Positions 1 through 8,088 of a stretch of 40,551 bases of DNA are shown in pieces. Position numbers and translations under genes: made by a program. The stretch's first letter is position 1. Each line of letters opens with the position of its first letter. The notes beneath the pieces are model-generated. The model was not told the origin of the DNA. It ran no database searches and saw only the letters and a list, made by a program, of their open reading frames with translations. The DNA comes from Treponema sp. (lineage in GTDB: Bacteria; Spirochaetota; Spirochaetia; Treponematales; Breznakiellaceae), in assembly GCA_031258115.1 (NCBI GenBank), contig JAIRNJ010000093.1, positions 1-40,551 on the forward strand. The letters are read 5' to 3'.

Positions 1-2
1 TG

Positions 3-761
3 GTGGGGAAAATGGCCGTCAGTCTCAACTGGAGGATGGTCTTCCTGATCCCCGGGTGTATCCTCATCCTGATCTCGGCACTATGGTTTGTCATATTACG
101 GAACTATCATGCCGTGACCGGCCGGGGGCCTGCGCCGCGCCGGGGGGAACCATGGAGAGATCTCAGGGATATTCCGGATTTTGTTCTGCGGACACGGCTC
201 TGGACGGTTGGACTCATAGCCTTGCTGAACGGAAGCGTGAAAGAGGGAATGACCCTCTGGGGGCCCAGCTTTTTTATCGATTACCAGTCCCTTCCCCTGG
301 AAAAGGCCCTCTACTTCATGTCTTTTGTCCCCCTGATGAACCTGATAGCCCTTGCGGGCAGCGCTTTCATGAACCGGGTCTTCAATTATCAGGCCAAATA
401 TACCCTCAGCTTTTTCCTGTTTTTTGCCCTTGCCTTTTCGGTTCTCCTGAGAGCGGGCATGAATCTCAACCATGTGGTCGTAGACATTGCTTTCTTCGGC
501 CTTTTTGCACTGCTCCTGGCAGTCAATAACATGATCACCGCGTTTATGCCCGTCTATTTTAACAGGGAACGGCGGGTTTCCTCCGTGGCGGGTTTTCTGG
601 ACTGCTCGGTATATGCAGGCGCCGCCCTTTCGAGTCCCCTTACCGGTTTTATCAGGGATAAGTCCGGATGGCAGGGGATCATAAACGGCTGGATTGGTAT
701 ATGCGCCGCGGCCCTGCTTATATCGCTCCTGAGCCCTAATTACCAAAAACGGCAACAGTAA
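3..761 (+). CDS. MFS transporter, C-terminal ~250 aa only (gene begins upstream of window); organophosphate:Pi antiporter (GlpT/UhpC)-like
   Basis: Frame is open from the window edge to TAA at 759-761. Shows successive hydrophobic helices and resembles the C-terminal half of OPA-family MFS proteins by eye. Confidence 0.65.
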   Translation: MGKMAVSLNWRMVFLIPGCILILISALWFVILRNYHAVTGRGPAPRRGEPWRDLRDIPDFVLRTRLWTVGLIALLNGSVKEGMTLWGPSFFIDYQSLPLEKALYFMSFVPLMNLIALAGSAFMNRVFNYQAKYTLSFFLFFALAFSVLLRAGMNLNHVVVDIAFFGLFALLLAVNNMITAFMPVYFNRERRVSSVAGFLDCSVYAGAALSSPLTGFIRDKSGWQGIINGWIGICAAALLISLLSPNYQKRQQ

Positions 762-838
762 AATGTAAATATACCAATGATTTGATCATATTAATTCAGT
801 TTTATATCAACTTTTTTGTATTATTATTTGTATTTTGC

Positions 839-868
839 TTGACATTTGGATTTAGTAAATATTATTAT
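839..868 (+). promoter_or_regulatory. sigma70-type promoter of the ABC operon
   Basis: TTGACA 839-844, 18-nt spacer, TATTAT 863-868. AT-rich upstream tract. RBS GGAGGA 883-888 and ATG 894 follow. Confidence 0.6.
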
Positions 869-893
869 AGAGTATCTTTACCGGAGGAGAGAA

Positions 894-1796
894 ATGAGGC
901 TTAACCCGGCGTCAAAACAGTACAGGGCCCTTAAAGAGAATCTGACCGGGTGGCTCTATGTAATGCCCGCTCTCATTCCCCTGCTGGTCTTCTGGATATA
1001 TCCTGTGCTGTACTCCTTTGTCCTTAGCTTTACCGACTGGGACATGATGTCCGAAAATATCCGCTTTAGGGGGATTCGGAACTATCTCTCCCTGCTTCGG
1101 GATCCGAAATTTTATCAGGTTTTGATGAACACCTTTGTGTTCGCCCTGGGCAGCATGGTGCCGGGCATTGTCCTGGGCCTCCTCTTGGCCCTGCTGATCA
1201 CCGGGAAACAGCGGGGAACGGGGTTCTTCAGAACCATTATCTTTGCCCCCTATGTTACCCCCATGGTAGCGGTCAGTATCGTGTGGTCCTGGATCTTTGA
1301 ACCCCGGGCAGGGATTTTAAACTTCGTCCTCTCCTGGTTTGGGCTAAGGGGACTTAAATGGACCCAAAGCATGGATACGGCCATGCTCTCGGTGATCATT
1401 GTAACCGTCTGGAAACAGCTCGGATGGACCATGATTTTTTATATGGAAGCCATACGCCGGGTTCCCCAAAGCCTGCTGGAAGCCTCCATTATTGACGGCG
1501 CGGGAATCGGGAGGCGGCTCATCCATATCATTGTCCCCCTGATCTCCCCGACCACCTATTTCCTTATCATCATCGGTACCATAGGCTCCCTCCAGGCCTA
1601 CGATCAGATCATGATTTTAACCGGCGGAGGGCCCGCCGGGGCTACCCGTACCCTGCTGTACTACTACTACCAGGAAGCCTTTACCAATTTTGCCGTGGGA
1701 AAAGCTTCCGCGGTGGGCTTTTTCCTGGTTATCATCACCGTCATTCTATCCCTCCTGGAAACGGCCATGTCCAAGCGGGCGGTGTTCTATGAGTAA
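894..1796 (+). CDS. ABC transporter permease, CUT1 family (UgpA/MalF-like)
   Basis: Multi-TM protein with EAA loop EASIIDGAGIGRRLIHIIVPLISP. ATG 894 is preceded by GGAGGA; the TTG at 846 would lie inside the promoter. Confidence 0.85.
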   Translation: MRLNPASKQYRALKENLTGWLYVMPALIPLLVFWIYPVLYSFVLSFTDWDMMSENIRFRGIRNYLSLLRDPKFYQVLMNTFVFALGSMVPGIVLGLLLALLITGKQRGTGFFRTIIFAPYVTPMVAVSIVWSWIFEPRAGILNFVLSWFGLRGLKWTQSMDTAMLSVIIVTVWKQLGWTMIFYMEAIRRVPQSLLEASIIDGAGIGRRLIHIIVPLISPTTYFLIIIGTIGSLQAYDQIMILTGGGPAGATRTLLYYYYQEAFTNFAVGKASAVGFFLVIITVILSLLETAMSKRAVFYE

Positions 1797-2637
1797 AAAA
1801 CTTGTTTCAGGCAGAGAGGCTTCCCTTTTTTCCTATGCCCTGCTGTCCCTTGCGGGCCTTATCATCGCCTTTCCGTTTTTCTGGGTCTTAAGCAATTCCC
1901 TTAAAACCAAGGATGAAATATGGGCCATGCCTCCCCGCTTACTGCCCGCGGTTCCCCAGTGGCTTAACTATTCGGACGCTTTGGTGAACGGCATGTTTTT
2001 CCGTTATATGTGGAACAGCATGTATGCGTCGGGAATAGTAACAGTAATAATACTTATCAACTCCGCGCTCTTTGCCTATGCCATAACCCAGATCCGCTTC
2101 AAGGGCCGGAACTTTCTGTTCCTGCTGGTGATGGTTACCTATATTATGCCCTCCGCGTCCACCTATATACCCGGATACGTTATCCTGTCAAAGCTGAGGC
2201 TTATCAACACCCATTCAGGCTGGATACTGTCAAGTGCGGCCAGCATCTTTAACATCTTTTATTTCCGCCAAACCTTTTTGCAGATAAACCATTCCATACT
2301 GGAAGCCGCCCGAATAGACGGCGCCGGCCACCGGACCCTCTTTTGGAGAATCGTCGTTCCCATGTCGGCCCCGTCCTTCGCTACCCTGGGGATCTTAAGT
2401 TTTATCGGAAACTACAATACCTATATGTGGCCCGCGCTGATCATTAAAACCAAGGCAAAATATTTTATCAGCATGGGCCTGCGTCTGTTTTTTGTTGCGG
2501 AAGGCGCCTACGGCCTTAAATGGGGTACCATTATGGCCGCGTGCTGTGTGACCATTTTTCCCTTGCTGCTAATCTTTGCGCTCTGTGAACGCCGGATACT
2601 TAACAGTATCACAGGCGATCAGGCGATCAAGGAATAG
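1789..2637 (+). CDS. ABC transporter permease, CUT1 family (UgpE/MalG-like)
   Basis: EAA loop EAARIDGAGHRTLFWRIVVPMSAP. ATG 1789 overlaps the upstream stop (ATGAGTAA), indicating translational coupling. Confidence 0.85.
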   Translation: MSKKLVSGREASLFSYALLSLAGLIIAFPFFWVLSNSLKTKDEIWAMPPRLLPAVPQWLNYSDALVNGMFFRYMWNSMYASGIVTVIILINSALFAYAITQIRFKGRNFLFLLVMVTYIMPSASTYIPGYVILSKLRLINTHSGWILSSAASIFNIFYFRQTFLQINHSILEAARIDGAGHRTLFWRIVVPMSAPSFATLGILSFIGNYNTYMWPALIIKTKAKYFISMGLRLFFVAEGAYGLKWGTIMAACCVTIFPLLLIFALCERRILNSITGDQAIKE

Positions 2638-2638
2638 T

Positions 2639-2678
2639 GAGCTTGTTCCAAAACCCGATCGAGTTTTGGAACAGCCTC
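2639..2678. repeat. PAL-2 palindromic element, copy A (intercistronic)
   Basis: GTTCCAAAAC 2645-2654 pairs with GTTTTGGAAC 2663-2672, flanked by GCT/AGC. Same arms as the copies at 30879-30913 and 30959-30996. Confidence 0.8.
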
Positions 2679-2705
2679 AAATTTTTATCTTTAGGAGGAA
2701 TCAGA

Positions 2706-4028
2706 ATGAAAACAAAAAAAACGGCGGGGCTTGCGGCGGTGAGCCTTATGGTACTATCGCTTCTTTCCTGCCGGGGGGAAAAGACCCCGGAGGGACCGGT
2801 GGCTATTGAGTATTGGTACGGCGTGGGAGGAGTTATCGGTGAAACCATCGAAACCATAATTAAAAATTTCAACGAATCCCAAAACGAAGTGCGTGTTACC
2901 GGGGTACAGCAGGCCAGTTATGGCGAAACTACACAGCAGCTACAGGCGGCCATAGCCGCGGGGCAGGTTCCCCCGGCGGTTATGTCCGGGGTGAGCGCTG
3001 TGCCGGTCTTTGCACGGCAGAATGTTTTAGAGCCGCTGGAAAAATACATAGAGGATACTCCCGGCTTTAACATCCAGGATTTTATCCCTGCGCATCTGGC
3101 TTACTGTTACAACGATAATAATGAGCTCATAGCCCTTCCTGTCCAGGGTACTACCCAGATACTGTACTACCGGACAGACACCTTTAATAAAGATAAGGGC
3201 ATCGACCCCGATGAGGCTTTCAAAAGCTGGCAAAACCTGGCGGAGGCTTCCAAAAAAATAGTCAAGCGGGATGCCAACGGAGAGACCGTATTCTTCGGCT
3301 GGGATCCTATGTGGGGTGCGGCAAGCCTGATAACTCTCGCATATTCCAACGGCGCACGGGAAGTAAGCGCCGACGGACGGACGGCCCTGCTTAATACCCC
3401 CGAATGGATCGAACCCTGGGAGTCTATGCGGAAATGGATCCACGAGGACAAAATATTCAAAATCAACTTCGGAGGCCAGGGCTGGGAGTATTGGTATAAA
3501 ACCATAGATGACGTACTCCAGGGAAGGACCGCAGGCTATACCGGTTCCTCGGGGGATCAGGGGGATTTGGATTTTTCTATCGTGGCCGCCCATATACAGC
3601 CGGGATACGGAGGGAAACCTCTCAATGTAGTGGTGGATATTGTAGCTGCTATTATACCTAAGGGCGCCGGTCAAAAACAAAAAGAAGCGGGCTTCAAATG
3701 GCTTAGCTACCTTACCAGCCCCCCGATGACCGCGTATTATTCCATGAAAACCGGATACATGGCCGTCCGAAGATCCGCCGCGGAAGACCCGGCATATCAG
3801 GCCTATGCCGCGGAGCACCCGCAGATACTGGTTCCGTTACAGCAGGCCGAATTCGGCAGAAAGGATTTTTACGATTTTACCGGAGGCAAGATAAATACCG
3901 CCCTTGGGGACGCCGCTGATCTGGTGGAAATTGAGAACATCCCCGCGGCCCGGGCCCTGGAAGAAGCCCAGCGGATCGCCCAGGCCGCGCTGGACGAATA
4001 CTGGGCCGAGGTAGACCGGAATAAATAG
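2706..4028 (+). CDS. ABC transporter substrate-binding lipoprotein (family 1 SBP, UgpB-like)
   Basis: AGGAGG 2693-2698 precedes ATG 2706. Signal peptide with lipobox-like LSLLSC. Size and composition are typical of sugar/glycerophosphate SBPs. Confidence 0.8.
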   Translation: MKTKKTAGLAAVSLMVLSLLSCRGEKTPEGPVAIEYWYGVGGVIGETIETIIKNFNESQNEVRVTGVQQASYGETTQQLQAAIAAGQVPPAVMSGVSAVPVFARQNVLEPLEKYIEDTPGFNIQDFIPAHLAYCYNDNNELIALPVQGTTQILYYRTDTFNKDKGIDPDEAFKSWQNLAEASKKIVKRDANGETVFFGWDPMWGAASLITLAYSNGAREVSADGRTALLNTPEWIEPWESMRKWIHEDKIFKINFGGQGWEYWYKTIDDVLQGRTAGYTGSSGDQGDLDFSIVAAHIQPGYGGKPLNVVVDIVAAIIPKGAGQKQKEAGFKWLSYLTSPPMTAYYSMKTGYMAVRRSAAEDPAYQAYAAEHPQILVPLQQAEFGRKDFYDFTGGKINTALGDAADLVEIENIPAARALEEAQRIAQAALDEYWAEVDRNK

Positions 4029-4036
4029 GGAAGAAA

Positions 4037-4870
4037 ATGAGCAATAAGACAAAAGTTGTACTGATAGGTTTTGACGCCTGGGGCGCCTACAGTTTACCGA
4101 AGGCGGACATGCCCCTGGCAAAACGCATGGCAAAAAACGGGTCCAGCGCGATGAACGCCCGGTGCATCAGGCCCTCGAAGAGTTCCTGCAACTGGACTTC
4201 CATGGTGATGGGCGCCAACCCGGATATCCACGGCTACATCGACTGGGACACGGCGGTTCCTGCCTTTGAAACCCCGGTGGATCATTATGGGCTTTTCCCG
4301 ACGATCTTCGCCCTGATAAAGGATCAGAAGCCGGAACTCAAAACCGGATATTTTTACGAGTGGGATCTTATGAGACTCTTCTGCCCGGACGCGGCGGCGC
4401 ACAAGGAACTGCTGCCCGGGCTTTCATACGATTCCGCGCAGGCTGAAAAAATAGCGGACTATATCAGGAAGGAAAAGCCGGACTTTACCTTTGTCCAGTT
4501 CGACGAACCGGATCACTGTGGTCATAAAGCAGGACACGATACGGCTCCTTACTACGAACTTCTGTCCCAACTCGATTCCTTTGCGGCCATAATAGAAAAG
4601 GGCGTAAAAGATTCCGGGGATTACGATGACACCATTTTTATCCTGACCTCGGATCATGGCGGCATCGAAAAGGATCACGGCGGCGATACACCCATGGAGC
4701 GGAACATCCCCCTTATATTCTGCGGAAAAAACATCAAAACGGACTATACGATAAAATCCATGGTCATGATATACGATATTCCTGCTACTATCGCATACAT
4801 CTTCGGTGTAAGGCCGCCCCAGCCCTGGATAGGCAGGCCGGTAACCGAGATATTCAAATTAGGAACGTAA
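4037..4870 (+). CDS. Type I phosphodiesterase / nucleotide pyrophosphatase (NPP, alkaline-phosphatase superfamily), no signal peptide
   Basis: Motifs IGFDAWG, PSKSSCNWTSMVMG (compare PTKTFPNHYTIVTG), DEPDHCGHKAGHD, TSDHGG. Confidence 0.8.
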   Translation: MSNKTKVVLIGFDAWGAYSLPKADMPLAKRMAKNGSSAMNARCIRPSKSSCNWTSMVMGANPDIHGYIDWDTAVPAFETPVDHYGLFPTIFALIKDQKPELKTGYFYEWDLMRLFCPDAAAHKELLPGLSYDSAQAEKIADYIRKEKPDFTFVQFDEPDHCGHKAGHDTAPYYELLSQLDSFAAIIEKGVKDSGDYDDTIFILTSDHGGIEKDHGGDTPMERNIPLIFCGKNIKTDYTIKSMVMIYDIPATIAYIFGVRPPQPWIGRPVTEIFKLGT

Positions 4871-4874
4871 TTAT

Positions 4875-5011
4875 CCGCGAAGATGAAGAAGAATGAAAAA
4901 CCGCCAGAGGGAGACCGCTAATGCGGTCAATACGAGAGAAGAAGTCGAAGAAGGAAGAGGAGAAAAACGAGACTTCGTATTAAAACTTTTTCGACTTCTT
5001 CGACTTCGCGG
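4875..5011. repeat. GA-rich imperfect inverted-repeat element
   Basis: CCGCGAAGATGAAGAAGAATGAAAAACCG (4875-4903) matches about 21/29 against the reverse complement of 4983-5011. An internal perfect 13-bp pairing joins 4941-4953 with 4994-5006. Confidence 0.5.
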
Positions 5012-5154
5012 TTAAAAATTCTTCATTGACTTCATGGTTTTACCGAATTTCCTGTTAAGAAAATTCCTATGCGTTTATCCTGCAATTTTGGCCGCTCATC
5101 TTGACCAAATGCCCCGGAACGATAACAATATAAGTAGTATCATTAAGGTGAAAT

Positions 5155-6015
5155 GTGGCATTACGGTCGGCAATTTCTCAATTCTGTTTGATATTTTTTT
5201 TCGTTTCGGTATCAGGATTATACGGACTTGATTCGCAAGCGGGTCCATACCCAAGACCCCGCCTTTCGGCGGGGGAGTCTCTGGGGCGATTTGAACCCGG
5301 TAAGGATTTGTTTGTTGGGGGTATGGACCCGCATAATATCCATACCTTGCAGAACGACGATACCCCGCCGCTCTGCGGCGGGGAGAGTCATTTTTCGGGT
5401 GCGGAACTTTGTTTTTCCGTCACGCCCGAATACAACCGGGCTTTTAACCAGTGCTGGACATTTTCAGGTTCAGGCAGTCTCGACTTCAATGAACGTTACA
5501 CCGTAAAAAGCGGTTTGTCCTTTTGGGCCGCCCGGGCCGTTTACGAAGTAGATACCTTCATCAGTGGCGAAGCCGTGTTTCCCTTAAGGCTTCCCCTTTC
5601 GGGCAGTTTCGCCTATGTGTTCAACGGGATGCCGGACTACGATACCGGGAGCCATACCCTGCTTCCCCTGATCTCCCTGAAAGGCCGCCGGGCAGGCATC
5701 TCCGTGGGGCCCGCGCTCCGTTTCAATTCGTTTTACTATACCCGGATGGTTTTTGAATCGATACTGGCCGTTTCAGCCTATGTCAATTTTTATAATACCG
5801 AAAAATTCAGAATCGGTTTACGCTGCGCCAATTTCAGCGATTTTACGGTTGGAAATTTCGGCTCCTATTTTCTCAATCTGAACAGTTCCCTGAAGCTTAC
5901 AAAGCTGTTTTCCCTCATAAACGAACTTGAACTGTATCAGAGCGGGAGCAGCGGTCTGTCCGCCAACTTTTTTGGCATTGCATACCGCGGAGGGCTAACC
6001 GTATCATGGCGTTAA
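5155..6015 (+). CDS. Hypothetical secreted beta-strand-rich protein, possible outer-membrane beta-barrel
   Basis: GTG start 4 nt after AAGGTG. Signal peptide MALRSAISQFCLIFFFVSVSGLYG. Alternating hydrophobic pattern; C-terminus is GGLTVSWR. Confidence 0.6.
   Translation: MALRSAISQFCLIFFFVSVSGLYGLDSQAGPYPRPRLSAGESLGRFEPGKDLFVGGMDPHNIHTLQNDDTPPLCGGESHFSGAELCFSVTPEYNRAFNQCWTFSGSGSLDFNERYTVKSGLSFWAARAVYEVDTFISGEAVFPLRLPLSGSFAYVFNGMPDYDTGSHTLLPLISLKGRRAGISVGPALRFNSFYYTRMVFESILAVSAYVNFYNTEKFRIGLRCANFSDFTVGNFGSYFLNLNSSLKLTKLFSLINELELYQSGSSGLSANFFGIAYRGGLTVSWR
5239..5332. repeat. PAL-3 nested-hairpin element inside the CDS
   Basis: Outer arms GCGGGTCCATACCC 5239-5252 / GGGTATGGACCCGC 5319-5332 pair 14/14. 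Inner hairpin CCCCGCC 5257-5263 / GGCGGGG 5268-5274. A related hairpin lies at 5363-5383. Confidence 0.75.
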
Positions 6016-6851
6016 AAAAAGCAGTATTACTGCGGATCGGTTTTGCCGGCACGGCGGCCCTGCTTGTCGCGGGAACAGTTTTACTGCAATCCTGCAGTGT
6101 CGATCTCTTCGGGCTTTTTGCTTCCGGCGATCTGGATATCAGGCTTTCCGATAAAAACACCTTTAATTTTTTAAGCCCGGAAGACCTCTCGCTTTCCCTG
6201 CCCGGCGAGTATTCTTTTATCGTTTTGAACGATACCCATATCGAGGAAGGGGACGCTCACGGTCTTGAAAAACTCTCTTCGGTCATGAACGGAGCCGCAT
6301 TTGCAGTGGTAAACGGGGACATCACTCAGAACGGCAGCAGAAGGGATCTCCAAAAATTTATTGAGATCGCCGGAAGCCTGGGAGTTCCCTGCTACCCCGT
6401 CATCGGGAACCATGACGTTTATTTTAACAACTGGCCCGTGTGGAAAGAGCTGATCGGCTCCACCTGCTACAGAATTGACAGCAGCACAAGCAGTACCAGC
6501 ATCTTTGTCCTGGATTCGGCTGCCGGTACACTCGGTTCCGCCCAGTATGAATGGCTGGAAGAGGGGCTTAAAACGGCAAAGCGGCATGCTCTCGTGTTTA
6601 CCCACACAAATATTTTTATTGAAAGTCCGGTAGATCTCGTGCAGTTTACCGATGTAAGGGAACGCAGCCGCCTCATGGATCTGCTCAAGGGCCGTTCAGA
6701 GGCGCTTTTTATGGGCCATGCCCATAAACGCATGGTTCATGAAGCAGGCGGAGTGCATTACATCACCGTCGAAGATTACAAAAGTACCGGCATCTACTGC
6801 CGTGTGCATGTATCGCGCAGAGGCTTAAGCTGGGAGTTTGAAAAATTATAA
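6006..6851 (+). CDS. Metallophosphoesterase (calcineurin-like), probable lipoprotein
   Basis: Motifs LNDTHIEEGD, NGDITQNG, GNHDVY, GHAHKR. N-terminal signal ends in LLQSC. Overlaps the upstream gene by 10 nt. Confidence 0.8.
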   Translation: MALKKAVLLRIGFAGTAALLVAGTVLLQSCSVDLFGLFASGDLDIRLSDKNTFNFLSPEDLSLSLPGEYSFIVLNDTHIEEGDAHGLEKLSSVMNGAAFAVVNGDITQNGSRRDLQKFIEIAGSLGVPCYPVIGNHDVYFNNWPVWKELIGSTCYRIDSSTSSTSIFVLDSAAGTLGSAQYEWLEEGLKTAKRHALVFTHTNIFIESPVDLVQFTDVRERSRLMDLLKGRSEALFMGHAHKRMVHEAGGVHYITVEDYKSTGIYCRVHVSRRGLSWEFEKL

Positions 6852-6868
6852 GGGCCGGTTTCTGCCGT

Positions 6869-7438
6869 TTACCCTCTAATGTCAATTAACGATGCGGTAT
6901 CTATGCTTCCGTATACAGGACGCTTCTGCAGATAGGGATTTTCCCGCAGTATCCTGATTTCATTGCGGATCTCTTCCATGCGCTTTGAAAGAAGCTCCCG
7001 GTTTTCCCTGGAGCGGACAGCCGCTTCGGTTTTCAGGCTTTCCAGGGCCGTCTTCAGGGCCGGTACTCCGGTGTTTTCCTGTGCATGGAAAATTTCGGCG
7101 CGGTTGTAACCAGAAACCGCCGCCTGATACATCTCCTCCAGGGGATCGATAACCTTCTGAATGGAGAAAATATCCGCCACGATCTTCTCTTCAAGCTCCA
7201 CATGGTTCAAAAGACTCTCCGCGTTTCCCCTTTCGATGACATCCTTTTGCCTGTCCAGAGCTTCAAGGTAGGAGTGGAAATGATCCCTCTGTTCCTGAAG
7301 CAGGGCCCTGAAGCGTCTGACAACGGCTATACGCCGGGAAAGCTCTTCGCCGTCAATCTCCTGAAGGGAGCCTTCCCCCGGTCCCCTTCGCCCGGCATCC
7401 CGGTTTTTTGCCTTGCTGGTTTCTGCCGCATACATCAT
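6869..7438 (-). CDS. Hypothetical coiled-coil protein, FlgN-like putative flagellar chaperone
   Basis: Lies 6 nt downstream of fliS on the same strand. Heptad-rich helical sequence with Leu/Glu spacing reminiscent of FlgN. No catalytic motifs. Confidence 0.45.
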   Translation of the reverse strand: MMYAAETSKAKNRDAGRRGPGEGSLQEIDGEELSRRIAVVRRFRALLQEQRDHFHSYLEALDRQKDVIERGNAESLLNHVELEEKIVADIFSIQKVIDPLEEMYQAAVSGYNRAEIFHAQENTGVPALKTALESLKTEAAVRSRENRELLSKRMEEIRNEIRILRENPYLQKRPVYGSIDTASLIDIRG

Positions 7439-7444
7439 GGAGAC

Positions 7445-7909
7445 CTACCCGGCAATGTTGATGCCGCCGGCATCGCCTGCAGCCGCAGTCCCCACGGCGT
7501 TTTTTCCCGCAATCTCACTCCAGGCAGCCCTCAGATCGCTTATCAGATTCCTGATAAGCGTGAGCCGCCGTCTGTCCTGCTTGATATTGGCTTCCAGAAG
7601 CTCTTTATTGAACCAGGTATAGAGCGAAAAGAGGTTTTTGGCGATTTCTCCTCCCCGATCAAAATCCAGAGAAACCATAAGTTCCGTAATAATATCCTGC
7701 GTCTTTAGTATAGCCTTGTTGACGTGTTCAATTTTGCCCGGATCTTTCTTTTCCGGGGCGTTGAGGCCCAGTAGTTCCAGGCCCCTGTCCAGATGTTTCA
7801 GCGCCTCATCGTAAAGCATGACGACAAGCTGCCCCTGGCTGGCTGTCTTTATCCTTGTTTCCCGGTAAGCGGAAAGTGCGTTTGTATAGGCCACTGCAGT
7901 CCCCTCCAT
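7445..7909 (-). CDS. fliS: Flagellar export chaperone FliS
   Basis: 154 aa. Motif TASQGQLVVMLYDEALKHL matches the FliS signature (TASPxxLxxMLYDGA). Confidence 0.85.
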   Translation of the reverse strand: MEGTAVAYTNALSAYRETRIKTASQGQLVVMLYDEALKHLDRGLELLGLNAPEKKDPGKIEHVNKAILKTQDIITELMVSLDFDRGGEIAKNLFSLYTWFNKELLEANIKQDRRRLTLIRNLISDLRAAWSEIAGKNAVGTAAAGDAGGINIAG

Positions 7910-7969
7910 GGTTGCTGATAAATTTTTCAGTCTTTAAGCTTAGTACCCTGTCCATATAGGTACTCTTCA

Positions 7970-7996
7970 TTATCGGCGCCTGAAATTTTTCATTTA
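7970..7996 (-). promoter_or_regulatory. sigma28 (FliA)-type promoter upstream of fliS
   Basis: The minus strand reads TAAA (7996-7993), then 15 nt, then GCCGATAA (7977-7970). It lies about 60 nt upstream of the fliS ATG. Confidence 0.7.
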
Positions 7997-8088
7997 GGAA
8001 AACTTGATGAAAATTTAGCCGAAATTGCAAATTTTTTCCAGATCCTGCAATATAGTATAAAATTCCGAAATACAGTAAGCTATAGATA

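Noticed and set aside
846-893. TTG 846 as the start of the first permease (ORF-track start)
   Set aside because: It would place the start inside the -35/-10 promoter elements. ATG 894 has a GGAGGA RBS at proper spacing.
5228-5506. 92-aa alternative-frame ORF overlapping the OMP-like gene
   Set aside because: It has no start context and is Arg/Pro-rich, as expected for an off-frame reading of GC-rich hairpin DNA. The 5155 frame continues for 286 aa and has a signal peptide.
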